DNA from: Macrostomum hystrix
Taxonomy: Eukaryota > Animalia > Platyhelminthes
Assembly: GCA_950097015.1 (NCBI GenBank)
Contig: CATNEN010000030.1
Span: 2,976,001-3,040,000 of the forward strand
Length of the DNA stretch: 64,000 bases
Direction: 5' to 3'
Below, one piece after another: positions 25,612 to 37,565 of this stretch. The stretch's first letter is position 1. Every line of letters begins with the position of its first letter. The notes under the pieces were generated by a model. That model was not told the origin of the DNA. It saw only the letters and a program-made list of their open reading frames with translations, and did no database searches. A program made the position numbers and the translations under genes.

Positions 25612-25828
25612 TAGACACCCTGAGCAGACAGACACCCTGGGCAGATGGACACCCTGAGCAGACAGACACCCTGGGCAGATGGACACCCTGAGCAGACAGA
25701 CACCCTGGGCAGATGGACACCCTGAGCAGACAGACACCGTGAGCAGACAGACACCCTGGGCAGATGGACACCCTGAGCAGACAGACACCCTGAGCAGATG
25801 GACACCCTGAGCAGACAGACACCCTGGT
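25612..25828. repeat. 17-bp minisatellite (gacaccctgagcagaca / gacaccctgggcagatg)
   Basis: Direct tandem copies just downstream of AGGF1. Confidence 0.9.
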
Positions 25829-26409
25829 AGACATCCCAATCTGATACCCACATACAACTATATACCAGATATACCAGATACTGTATGCCTAGCATTGCCT
25901 ACCGATGCACAACTTTAACAAACACTTGGAATCAGCAAATCAACCCCCGAGCGGACAGCCGGAACGTAAAGGCCGTTTAAAATGTGCTCTGAAGACGGCG
26001 CACAGTTGTCGTTGGTAATTCTTACAGTGAAGCTGATAGAATGTACTGCCCGCATGCATTTGGTTAAAATGAAACGCTTTGATCTGCCTTATTGTTTTAC
26101 TAGGCTCTTAGCGATGCGAGTACGTGGATTTCATAAGCGCAAATCTCTACTGTTAGCAGTCAGCCATGCGAACACTGCAAATATTCAGGCAGATGCTAGA
26201 AAGATGTACTTTTTAAAATACCTGAGTTTAAATGTCTGTGTGAATGTCTATGCCTATGGTCTATGGTCTATGGTCCAATGTTAAAGCTGTTTATTGGCCC
26301 GAGCCAAATAAGTTAGACGCACGAATAACGATTTTTTTATTTTATTTCGTCTATGGTTATAATAGACAATTATACTAGACACGGGGTATAAATATATTAT
26401 TTCCGTTTA

Positions 26410-26495
26410 TTTAGTCTATGGTCTGAATTAACGGCTCTAAAGTGAAGCCGATTTTCGCGTTCCGCCGTGAGTTCAGCCTTTTACCATAGACTAAA
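26410..26495. other. 86-bp fold-back with 13-bp perfect terminal inverted repeat
   Basis: tttagtctatggt (26410-22) / accatagactaaa (26483-95), plus inner pairing ctgaattaacgg / ccgtgagttcag. Confidence 0.6.
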
Positions 26496-27764
26496 AATAT
26501 TTTAGGTGCTGCGAGCAAAAATACGAGTATATGCGCCATAAAGAGTGAAATAGGGAGGCTTGGTGAAGCTTTAATGAATGCAAAGACTCGAAGCTGTTTA
26601 CACTGGCCTCTGTTGATAATTTAGGGGAGAATTGAAAATGCGGAGCTTGGGGGAATACTTGTCAGTTGATTTAAGAATCGATGATGATTTGGCTATGAGC
26701 TGCATGCAGATAGGGCAGTGAAATCCCAAAATCACAAGCTATCAGACGATGCCACGGTTGGTGACTATCTGATGGGCCAAAATAATTCCCAAGGGAAAAG
26801 TAAATCAATGAGACAGTTCGCATGCAATTAACACCTCAGCGCTATAGTCTGTGATTTTAGTTGTTGTCAGTCATCGGCAATTGCTAAAATTCTCACTCTG
26901 GGATATATTGATTGATGCGTTCCTATGCCGAGTTTATCGACTGTTTAAACAAGCACTTTTAGAGTAATAAACGGCAAGTTTTAATTTCCGTTAGTAGAAG
27001 TCAGGAAATAAAACAGAAAGATAGCGGGCCGTGTGCTTTAAGAATCGGCCCTTTAAGTCGTAAATTTTGTATTAAAAATCTGCTTTTTCATTTTCCATAT
27101 TAAATTTCTTTCTAGTTGACATTCCCCTATTCCAGCATTGCATGGGGCTGGTGTTTCATATTTTTCCCGAACACTCGTGAACAATCTGCTTTGAGTCTAA
27201 CCCGCTTCCTAATCAGTAAAGTGCTGATTCAAAGGCTGCTGCTAATTTTTTTTTTAATTAAAAAGTTTTACATTTTTGTTTTATTCCTATTGGATTGTTT
27301 AATCGCCTTAGTATTTTAAAAGCCCGCGAAAAAACCATATCGACACCTGTAATGGCCCTTCAATCGTCAACACGCACCTGTCATCAGGTGTGCTAACAAA
27401 TCATTTTTTATTGTGAGGTCTGCTTTTCAGCTCTGGGTCGGACTTTGGATTGCTGGGTAAAAAACTGTGTTGATTTTAGAACGCATTTTTGAGACCATCT
27501 TTCCTAGAGAGCCACGCAATGGCTAGAAAATTTTCAGCTGTCAAAAATTTATTCACCCATGAGGATGCGCCACTTCGGATCTCTCAGGGCATTATATTTC
27601 TCCTGTCTAGCTGATGCCGCTGAAGCTTATTTGGAATCCAAGGCGCGTCACTCTCCATGGATCGCACTCACTAAGGACCACTCTCCAATGTCACTCTCCA
27701 CGGATCACTCCCTAAGGATCACACCAAGGATTTCTCTCTAACGATCACTCTCCAAGGTTTCATC

Positions 27765-28557
27765 CCCAAGGTGTCACTCTCCAAGGTGTCACACCCAAGA
27801 TGTCACACTCCAAGGTGTCACTCCCCAAGGTTTTATTCCCTAAGGTTTTATTCCCCACGGTGTTATTCCCCAAGGTTTTATTGCTCAAAGGTGTCATTCC
27901 CCAAGATGCTTTTCCTCAAAGTGTTTTCCTCAAGGTGTCACTCCCCAAGGTGTCCCTCTAAAAGGTGTCACTCTCCAAGGTGTCACTCTCCAAGGTGTCA
28001 CTCTCTAAGGTGACACTCTCGAAGGTGTCACTCTCCAAGGTGTCACTCTCCAAGGTGTCACTCTCCAAGGTGTCACTCCTCAAGGTGTCACTCCCCAAGG
28101 TGTCCCTCTCAAAGGTGTCACTCCCCAAGGTGTCACTCCCCAAGGTGTCACTCTCGAAGGTGTCACTCTCCAAGGTGTCACTCTCCAAGGTGTCACTCCT
28201 CAAGGTGTCACTCCCCAAGGTGTCCCTCTCAAAGGTGTCACTCTCCAAGGTGTCACTCTCTAAGGTGACACTCTCGAAGGTGTCACTCTCCAAGGTGTCA
28301 CTCTCCAAGGTGTCACTCTCCAAGGTGTCACTCTTCAAGGTGTCACTCCCCAAGGTGTCCCTCTCAAAGGTGTCACTCCCCAAGGTGTCACTCCCCAAGG
28401 TGTCACTCTCGAAGGTGTCACTCTCCAAGGTGTCACTCTCCAAGGTGTCACTCCTCAAGGTGTCACTCCCCAAGGTGTCCCTCTCAAAGGTGTCACTCCC
28501 CAAGGTGTCACTCTCCAAGGTGTCACTCCTCAAGGTGTCACTCCCCAATGGTGTCAC
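27765..28557. repeat. 15-bp minisatellite (caaggtgtcactctc)
   Basis: Direct tandem copies. Confidence 0.95.
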
Positions 28558-29380
28558 TAACGAAGGTCAGAAGAGAATATTAAAGTTAGTAAATGCCTCA
28601 TGCAGAGTAGGCAGCGAGGCCCCACTCGTTGGTCCTGCAGTTTGAGATGGCTGAGAAATGAAACGCACGATATCAGGCATATGTATCAAACATAAATTGA
28701 CTTCGATAGCTGCTTTTCAATAGGGCGGCGGTTGGAAGTTTTGCTGTTGATTATTATTCTTTCTAATCTAGAAGAAGTCATTGCCGCAATACTCCAGGGG
28801 CGCGCACCCCTAACAGCCGATCTCATGGTCAGGGGGTTGGAATGAGTCTGTTTCGCATAACTTTGGCCTCTTTAAACCTTGAACCATTTACCCAGTGGGC
28901 GAGCCGAGTTAGGGCTGCCTTTTCTTAAGAGAGTCCTCTCAGGAACTGTTTGCACTCGAGCTGCGTCAAGACAAGCCAAGACTTCCCTCTTCCCCAAACA
29001 GAACGGTCGATCACAATGCCTGTCTTTCACTGCTGCATCCAAGCGAAAAAGCATGTGAAATCTCCCCAGAAACTTAGCCAGATTGCAAACTGCTCGAGTC
29101 TTCAGTTCTGCTCTGAAAGCTGGCCTAGCTTAAAATACACAAACTGCCGCTGCTGCACTTAAGATTGACTTGACATACGAAACAAACTACACCTATTCGT
29201 AATTATGCCGCATTAGTACAGGCATTACTTTCTACTAGATAGGGTTGATGTACAACTAAAATAGTATAGTCTATGGTCCAACTGTGCCTCCACCCGTCTG
29301 CCCGAGTCAGAAGAAGAGAATCGTTAATAACAAAGGTTTCTGTGTGTGAATGACGCAGTTTCCGATTATGTGTCCCTCGA

Positions 29381-31111
29381 TCAGCAAGTCGTCACCACCA
29401 TGACGGAGCTCCGGCTGCCGCCTAGTCGCTTCCTGGACCGCAGCTTCAGCGTGTGCTCTCCGTCGTCTGGCTCCCTGGAGACATCAGCCAAGGCTGGCTC
29501 CACGCCCTCTCCAATGCCTCCTCCTCCGTCGCTATCGTCGCCGCCGCTGCACAGGTAGCGAACAATCTGAATGATCAGGTCCATGATTTCAACAATCCAA
29601 ATGAGAGTCACTCCGATCCACATTGAGAACAGGCCGCCGACCTGGCTGAGAGTGCTTGGCAGGGTGCGCACCGCCTTCTCCTCGATCACCTTTACCATGT
29701 GATCCTTCTTGGCGATCTTCACAGTCAGGAAGCTGCGGCTCAGCAGGCTGTCCTCGTGCAGCCGTGCCGCCGCGCCGGACTCGCCCTTGCGCAGCGCCCG
29801 CCGGATTTCATCGTAGTGGTCGATGATCTCCTTGTAGTGGCCCAGCCGTCCGCGCTCGCTTCGGCGAAGCATCTCGGCGAAGTCCAGGTGAAACGAGTGC
29901 CTCGGCCACGCAGCCTGGGACACGATGGTCTCGTAGGTGTAGTGAAAGCACGGCTCTCCGCACTCATGGCCGCTGCTGTTGTGCGCGATGCTGTTGTAGC
30001 AGCGCGACGCTTTGGCCGCCCGATTCACATCTTCGGCGCTGACGTTGGCGATGCTGCCGAAGGCTTCGCACCTGCCGCGGTCTCGGCCGTCAAGGCCAGG
30101 TGGCACCGGCAGGGTGGCCGTGTAACATCCGCACTTATCCACAATGGCCGACTGCTTTCGAAGGCTGTCGCACAGGTGCGAGCTGTAGGCGAACTCCTCG
30201 CCAGACGCCACCCGCAGCCGGCTTGGCAGCTGGCCGCTGCACTGGCCCCACGGCTGCTCCAGGCGGTGCCAGGCGTTTGGCACGATCTTCACCTCGGTGA
30301 AGGTGCCCGGCATGACGTTGAAGCCATCCTTGCTGATGTCAGGGTAGGAGCCCTGCTCGTGCAGCACCAGGCGGGCGCCCCAGGCCAGGGTGTTGACGTC
30401 AACCATCATGCAGTCGATGCAATGCGCCTCTGTGGCTGAATAGTCCAGGAATACCTGCATCTCAGTGTAGATCACCTTGCTGGCGTACTCGGGCCTGATG
30501 ATGTACATGTAGCAGTTCAGGTGGTCCGGATGGTCGATTCGTCTCCAGGCGCCAATCTCGTGGCACAGGATGTGCCCAACTGGCGGCTCCTCGTTAGGCT
30601 TCAGCACCACGGCGAAGCACTTCGTGACCAGCTGGTCGATGCTGTGACCCAGCTCGGTGTAATTGAAGCTCCCGTCTGGCAGGTTGTTCCAGTAGTGCAG
30701 GTGGTTCAGCAGGCTGTTCTTGTATGGATCCGAGGTGCCATTGCTAGTGACAGTGATCAGGCCGTGCAGCGAGCGCCAGTACTTTCTGGGCGTCGGCCAG
30801 CCACGTTCGCGAATAATGGCTCGGCCCCGCCTGGACAGCGGGTTCTGATTGCACAGTGTGAAGCTGGGAAATGTGGCGCTCTGATCCACCCGGCTCCTCG
30901 GCTGCTGAATGGTGTCGAACTGTAGGTACTGGCGCACGATTTCATGCAGGTTCACTAGGCAGCCGATGAACAGTCCCGAGACGCAGGTGAGCCACATGAT
31001 TCGCACCCAGCCTTTGGCGCGCATTATCTGCGGAATCCCACGCAGCGAGGTGCGCGTGGCAAAGCTCACGAGGATGTGGCGCATGCTGCTTGGCCGCCTG
31101 ACCTGCCCCAT
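29381..31111 (-). CDS. DEG/ENaC (amiloride-sensitive sodium channel family) subunit, intronless, about 576 aa
   Basis: Single ORF; first ATG at 31111 (the track starts it at an upstream GTG). TM1 (WVRIMWLTCVSGLFIGC), FPSFTLCNQNP, GARLVLHEQGSYP...GFNVMPG, Cys-rich thumb (CDSLRKQSAIVDKCGC...CGEPC), SQAAWP, TM2 (LSQVGGLFSMWIGVTLIWIVE). Confidence 0.92.
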   Translation of the reverse strand: MGQVRRPSSMRHILVSFATRTSLRGIPQIMRAKGWVRIMWLTCVSGLFIGCLVNLHEIVRQYLQFDTIQQPRSRVDQSATFPSFTLCNQNPLSRRGRAIIRERGWPTPRKYWRSLHGLITVTSNGTSDPYKNSLLNHLHYWNNLPDGSFNYTELGHSIDQLVTKCFAVVLKPNEEPPVGHILCHEIGAWRRIDHPDHLNCYMYIIRPEYASKVIYTEMQVFLDYSATEAHCIDCMMVDVNTLAWGARLVLHEQGSYPDISKDGFNVMPGTFTEVKIVPNAWHRLEQPWGQCSGQLPSRLRVASGEEFAYSSHLCDSLRKQSAIVDKCGCYTATLPVPPGLDGRDRGRCEAFGSIANVSAEDVNRAAKASRCYNSIAHNSSGHECGEPCFHYTYETIVSQAAWPRHSFHLDFAEMLRRSERGRLGHYKEIIDHYDEIRRALRKGESGAAARLHEDSLLSRSFLTVKIAKKDHMVKVIEEKAVRTLPSTLSQVGGLFSMWIGVTLIWIVEIMDLIIQIVRYLCSGGDDSDGGGGIGEGVEPALADVSREPDDGEHTLKLRSRKRLGGSRSSVMVVTTC

Positions 31112-32039
31112 CGCTGCCCGCAGCCCAGCTGTCTGCCAGTCCACTCACTGTCTGCGAGACAACTGCCTCTAGCTTAGCACCTCGAAGGTGAGCTTTCAGT
31201 CAAACTTAACTGAGCTCATCCGAGCCAATTTGAGGGCCCCGCAACCCGCCAACCCCCACCACCAACAACAATGTCTCCAATGGGAGAGCTCCTAGCCAAT
31301 CCTGTCTGATTCTCAATTCGCCCAGCAACTTGAGCATAAGCTCAGCCCCAACCCCTGACCGCTAGACTAATGGGCCAGGAGCGGAAGGACAGGAATCCGA
31401 TTTCCTGACGATGCAGCTTCAATGAGGCTGGAATAGGCTGAAAGAGGCTTCTGAGCATGCTAGAAAACTGGCAGCGTTAAAGTGCACGAGTACTTTATTG
31501 GCTGGCCTGTCGTACGCGAAAACTATACAGTTTTAAGTCCCCCCAATAAATTAGTCGCAAATCAACGGATTCATTTCCTGATGCTTTCCACTCCCCAGCT
31601 CCGAAGAATATTGAGCTTCCACAATGGACTGCTCCCACCTACTGTGGCACTTTTTTCTTTGTTAAACTGGCAGCCCTTCCTTTGCTACCGTAATTGCTTC
31701 CCGTGAGCTGCGCAACTTCCTCCCCATTGCATGGCCTCAGTGAGTCAACTCGGGTGAGGGGTGGGTGGTGAGGAAGCAGCGGGCTGAGGAACAGTATGCC
31801 AGATAAGTAAATATGGATCTATTCTCCTGTAAGGCGTCTTGGAGCTGTCTAAGGTCGGACAGGGCTGCTCAAAGTTTCAGTTTTAATGGGGCCGCTTCCT
31901 GCCGAGTCTCTAGGAGCATTAATGGAAAAATAAGTGCGTGTGGGAGCGTTGGGCAAATTGTTGAAGAAATATAGACAATCGAAGGAACAGCAAACGAAAA
32001 TAAATAAAAAACTCTCTATTATAATAATTATACATTAAG

Positions 32040-33105
32040 GCATTAACAGAATCGAAGCAGGAGGCATTAACAGAATCGAAGCAGGAGGCAGAGGACATGC
32101 AGAATCGAAGCAGGAGGCAGAGGACAGAATCGAAGCAGGAGGCAGAGGACAGAATCGAAGCAGGAGGCAGAGGACAGAATCGAAGCAGGAGGCAGAGGAC
32201 AGAATCGAAGCAGGAGGCAGAGGACAGAATCGAAGCAGGAGGCAGAGGACAGAATCGAAGCAGGAGGCAGAGGACAGAATCGAAGCAGGAGGCAGAGGAC
32301 AGAATCGAAGCAGGAGGCAGAGGACAGAATCGAAGCAGGAGGCAGAGGACAGAATCGAAGCAGGAGGCAGAGGACAGAATCGAAGCAGGAGGCAGAGGAC
32401 ATGCAGAATCGAAGCAGGAGGCATAGGACATGCAGAATCGAAGCAGGAGGCAAAGGATAGAATCGAAGCAGAAGGCAGAGTACAGAATCGAAGCAGAAGG
32501 CAGAGGACAGAATCGAAGCAGGAGGCAGAGGACATGCAGAATCGAAGCAGGAGGCAAAGGATAGAATCGAAGCAGAAGGCAGAGGACAGAATCGAAGCAG
32601 GAGGCAGAGGACATGCAGAATCGAAGCAGGAGGCAGAGGACATGCAGAATCGAAGCAGGAGACAGAGGACAGAATCGAAGCAGAAGGCAGAGGACAGAAT
32701 CGAAGCAGGAGGCAGAGGACATGCAGAATCGAAGCAGGAGGCAGAGGACATGCAGAATCGAAGCAGGAGACAGAGGACAGAATCGAAGCAGAAGGCAGAG
32801 GACAGAATCGAAGCAGGAGGCAGTGGACAGAATCGAAGCAGGAGGCAGAGGACAGAATCGAAGCAGGAGGCAGAGGACATGCAGAATCGAAGCAGGAGGC
32901 AGAGGACATGCAGAATCGAAGCAGGAGACAGAGGACAGAATCGAAGCAGGAAGCAGAGGACAGAATCGAAGCAGGAGGCAGAGGACAGAATCGAAGCAGG
33001 AGGCAGAATCGAAGCAGGAGGCAGAGGACATCCAGAATCGAAGCAGGAAGCAGAGAACAGAATCGAAGCAGGAAGGAGAGGTCAGAATCGAAGCAGGAGC
33101 AAAAA
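32040..33105. repeat. 25/29-bp minisatellite (cagaatcgaagcaggaggcagagga)
   Basis: Direct tandem copies; variant carries a catg insertion. Confidence 0.95.
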
Positions 33106-34487
33106 AAAGCACAAACGGCGAAAAGATTGGTTTAATCGGTTTATGTTTCCAAGGCGTGTGAAACGGTCAGAATGTCACTGGTGGCTTCTGTTTGTCCTGT
33201 CCCCTTACGATGGAAGGAATACTTAATCTCAGTGCTACATCAGTTCCATTTTCTATGCTTCTCTAAATCTTTTAGAATGTATTCGCCCAGTCACATCAGA
33301 ATGTGATTCCCCCAAGCACTATAAACCCTGCATCTTTGCTTTAGCGTAGTAAACAATGATCTTTCTGTCGCTAAAGGCCTCAGTAAAAATCGTTGTCATT
33401 TTTCTTTCCATCGCGTGGTCGGTGATGTCGCCAGCCGCTGAGATCCCACACACGGCACGGCTATCGGGCTCTTGTTCAACTGGGAGTTGGGTCAAGCCTT
33501 TCCCTCATCGCATTATCTAGCAGCTTTCGCACCACGACCAATGCTAAATGCGCCAGAGTGGCTATCGGCTCTCTTGTGTGCGAGTGAATTATTGATGTCC
33601 TGGGGATTTTGATCCAGGTCTCAAGACGTCTGCGGCCCTAGTGGCAGTATGTGGCCAGTATATATTGCAGCGGCACGAAAATTGGCAGCAGGGGCGCATC
33701 ATCAATAACGCCCTAATTGTCATCATTCGCGCCTTCTTTTTATGCCTGCGTTTTGGCTCTCAACAGTAGACATTAACACCTGCGGCCTGCGAGCCAGCGT
33801 ACAGCGCGCAATTTCTGCTGCTGTTGCTTGATCCAGCCTGTATTCTATTTCAGTCCCTAATACTAGTACATGCTTTTAAGCTATGTTAATTGCTAGAAAA
33901 GTGGCATAGATAAAAGTTCGAGTAAATAAACGCCAATTTCTTTGGCAAAATAAAGCAAATCTTATATTTGGGATTTTATGATCAAGTAAAATTTTGGAAA
34001 TAAATTTGAGCGAATGGTGAAATATCCATATAAATATAATATAATTTCTCCCAGCATATATATTTGTTTCTTTTTAGTCTGCATGAAAATAAACGCCTAC
34101 ACTTAACACGCTAAAATTCTAATGCTAATTGTCTGTGCGAGCTCGTATTTACAGCCTGATTGCTAAGGTGTTTGTATTCGGGTATGGATAAATAATTTTG
34201 TTTTATGTCGGAAGCTTGTGGTGCAAGGTCATCGAAAATATATACATAAAAAACTATTTTAGTTGTTTAGAGCTGCAGAGGTTCGGAAATTAGTCATTTG
34301 TATTTTTTGCTACATTTTTGTTTTACTGCTTAATATTGACACTGCCGACAAATATTTAACCTCACAAATCAGGCAATAAATATCCTTTCAGTAGTAAGAG
34401 AAGCCATTCTTCTTTTCAACCGGTCAAGTAAAAAGCGTTCACTTACATGATATTTTTTGCCGAATCTAGTCACTCAGTACCTCTAGA

Positions 34488-36083
34488 ATGTCTGCAGGAG
34501 TATCGACGTCTATTAACGTAAGTTAACTACGCTTAATTATTATGCAGAATGAAATGAATGAATGAAAAGAAAACGCTTAATTATTATGCAGAATGAAATG
34601 AATGAATGAAAAGAATGAATGAATGAAATATTCATTTATTCAAAAAATTTCAATATAGTTGTTTTATTTTCATGCTTAACATGCCACTAATACTTGTAGT
34701 ATATATTAAATATCAACTTTTCAATATCCAATCAAATCAATCTTATCTCAATAAAATTAGATTATTGTATCTAATAAATTAAACTTCATACTCCAGATGT
34801 CATATGAAGTAGCAAAAATAAGCAGAAGTATACGCATTACAATGAAACGCATTAAAAAAATTGTTGTCGGATAAGTAAAACATACTTAAGACTTACCTAC
34901 AACGTCGATGCCATTGTACGAAGAAAGCGAAGAAAGCTATTCATAAAGTAATATAGTTATAAAGCAATAAATTTAATTTTCTTTGCTAGCTAAAAGGACT
35001 ATAGTTAGCAATTGTTAGAAAAAGTGTTGTCGATAATTTGTATATATTCATATATCTTTAAAACTTTAGTTTAGTATCTTGATTTTGATGGTTAAAAGAT
35101 GCATATTCCATTTTATGCATCCTAAATAGTTTAATTACACTTACATAAATATATAATAATAATACTTTGTCTCGCATTAAAAGACGAATTTCTAAAAAGG
35201 CTATGAAAGAAAACATACAGAAAGAAATCTTAAGTATTATGCTTCATAAATATATAGCGTTCCGCGCCTGCTGAAATATTTTTAGCTGGACCTGTTCAAC
35301 CCGACTTCGGCACAGCAAAGCCGAGCCCGCCTCACCTACGCTATCAACCTGTTCGACGTGCTGCCCCTTCCGGCACTGCTAGTCATTGTGTTCCTAGTCT
35401 ACTCTGCTGTACTGCTTCTATTCCGCTTCCTGGCTTACAGGGTGGTCAGCGGCGCCGGCCAGCCCAGCAGCCAGCCCAGCGGCTCCGGACCGCTCCGCGC
35501 CTGCTGCATCTGCTGCATGTCCTGCGCTGACGCCTGCGACTGCTGCGACAGTCGCGGCACTTTGGCCGGCTGCGCCAATGGCGTCTGTCCGCATCGACGC
35601 AGCGGCGTCAAGAGCTCGGACTTCATGCTCTGCCACAGCTGTGGGGTGAGGCCTTCTCACTGCCCACCTACATCTTAAACACTTTCCTAACTCTTAACTG
35701 ACTTCATTAAAATTACCTCACTGTCACTCTCCTGTAACCCGATTGTCACTCTCGTGTAACCTCACTGTCACTCTCCTGTAACCCGATTGTCACTCTCGTG
35801 TAACCTCACTGTCACTCTCCTGTAACCCGATTGTCACTCTCGTGTAACCTCACTGTCACTCTCCTGTAACCCGATATTCACTCTCGTGTAACCTCACTGT
35901 CACTCTCTTGTAACCCTATTGTCACTCTCTTGTAGCCTCACTGTCAGACGCGTTTTTTTTTTGCAGCGCACCAGCGTTGATTGCTGCGATGCTGACTGCG
36001 ACGACTGTCTGTGCTTCTGCTTCGAGTGCAAGTTCCGGCCGCGCGGACCAGCTCTGATAGGCAGGCAGGAGCAGCTTGACTGA
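34488..36083 (+). CDS. Small single-pass membrane protein with Cys-rich C-terminal region, about 168 aa, 3 exons; family not recognised
   Basis: Exons 34488-34517 (MSAGVSTSIN|gtaagt), 35286-35645, 35967-36083, all phase 0, 507 nt. GC-rich exons in AT-rich background; hydrophobic stretch LPLPALLVIVFLVYSAVLLLF; 19 Cys downstream. Exon 1 is the least certain. Confidence 0.7.
35715..35945. repeat. 22-bp (44-bp dimer) minisatellite in intron 2 of the Cys-rich gene
   Basis: cctcactgtcactctcctgtaa alternating with cccgattgtcactctcgtgtaa. Confidence 0.88.
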
Positions 36084-36678
36084 GCACTGATCTCAGGGAC
36101 AATGGGTGGCTGTTACAGGGAAATGGCCTGGCGGTTTTCTGTTAGTCATTGTTGATAGGCTTATAAGCATAACGAAATCACAGGATGCATATGCCTCTTC
36201 GTAACAGCATTAGCATATAGTATAAAGTCAGATATTACTTTTTGTTACAGTTGGTGGCTTCTTTTCTAGTCCAACAATGTCCAACATTTAAATACTACTT
36301 TCGACTAGCCATTTTTTGTTCTGGCTACTAAGAGTAGGCAGGTAAGGCAGTAGGCAGAAAAGCGGAATAGTATCTTGCATACTTGAATTGATTGTCGGAT
36401 TCAGTAATTGATTTTTTCGAGTTTTTTTCTTAGCTTAAAGTAGTTTTCTATTTGATTTTGCAATGTGAAGCGTTTTTGCTTGTGGTTGATTACTAGTCGT
36501 TTATTTTCACAACAAAATAAATACTAGAGAATACAATTTGCATGATTTTTAATGCTGTGCAATACTTTATTAGTCCTGATTTCTACTACATGTTATAGTT
36601 ATGTAGCTTTATGTTACTTAGGGTGAATCAGAAGTTTAAAATGCTTTATACAAAACACTAAAAATAGCAATTGTGTGA

Positions 36679-36895
36679 GGGGTCGGTGGCAGAGCGCTCT
36701 AACGCGTTCGCCTCTCGCACCAAGGTCCCTGAGCTCGATTCCGCGGCGAGGCCACATTCGTTTGAGAGAGAAGGCTTGGGGGGCTTGCCGTGCAGTTTAA
36801 GCCATTGGCCAGCCTCCAAGGCACAGTGAGATTGCAGACTGCCTGACGATGAGAAAGTCAGGGCAGATGAGCATACCTATTTGAGCGTGTGCCTG
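36679..36895 (+). mobile_element. SINE family A, 3'-truncated copy
   Basis: ggggtcggtggcagagcg...caaggtccctgagctcgattccgcgg...gcctgacgatgagaaagtcagg. Confidence 0.8.
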
Positions 36896-37139
36896 CGTTT
36901 GCTTTGGAATTTTCCACGCGAGTGTAATGCGTTTGTCTGTATGGCTTTCTTGTCTTCTGCAATGCCTCTCAAACAGGTCTGCCTCATGCTGTTCTGTAGC
37001 TTTACTTTGCTCTCCTCTCTCTAGTAAATTTTATTTCCTCCACAGCAACATGACAATCTTCTTTCTCACCATCCTCTGCTCCTTTATCACCTTATGTCTC
37101 TGACGCAAAACGAAACACCTCTTCTTATACTACTGATCA

Positions 37140-37565
37140 TTCTCTATCGATTGCCATTTTCTGTATCTCATTTCCTCTCTCCATTCTCTCATCTCTCTCA
37201 TCTCATCTTTCTCATCTCATGTCTCTCATCTCTCTCATCTCATGTCTCTAATCTCTCTCATCTCTTGTCTCTCATCTTATGTCTCTAATCTTTCTCATCT
37301 CCTCTCTCTCATCTCACGTCTCTAATCTCTCTCATCTCCTCTCTCTCATCTCGTCTCTCATCTCCTCTCTCTTATCTTATCTCATCTCTTTCATCTCCCC
37401 CTCTCATTTCTCCTCTAATTTCTCTCCTCTCATTTCTCCTCTCATTTCTCCTCTCATTTCTCCTCTCTCATTTCTCCTCTCATTTCTGCTCTTTCATCTC
37501 TCCTCTCTCTCATCTCATCTCTCTCATCTCATCTCATCTCATCTCTCCTCTCTCCACTCCGCTCT
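37140..37565. repeat. Pyrimidine-rich low-complexity (TCTCA/TCTC) tract
   Basis: Near-absence of G; short-period repeats. Confidence 0.9.

Noticed and set aside
29699-30925. Plus-strand ORFs of 246 and 134 aa opposite the ENaC gene, and similar antisense ORFs over TRPM, ALDH3, AGGF1 and the opsins
   Set aside because: Shadow ORFs of GC-rich coding sequence with no recognisable motifs.
31112-31144. GTG start for the DEG/ENaC ORF given in the track
   Set aside because: Eukaryotic gene with an in-frame ATG at 31111; the GTG extension directly follows a stop codon.
31919-33226. Cys-rich and QNRSRRQRTES repetitive ORFs
   Set aside because: Six-frame read-through of the 25/29-bp array.
33200-33900. 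Moderately GC-rich island with a TATAAA near 33320
   Set aside because: No convincing ORF, splice-compatible exon or RNA motif was found on either strand.
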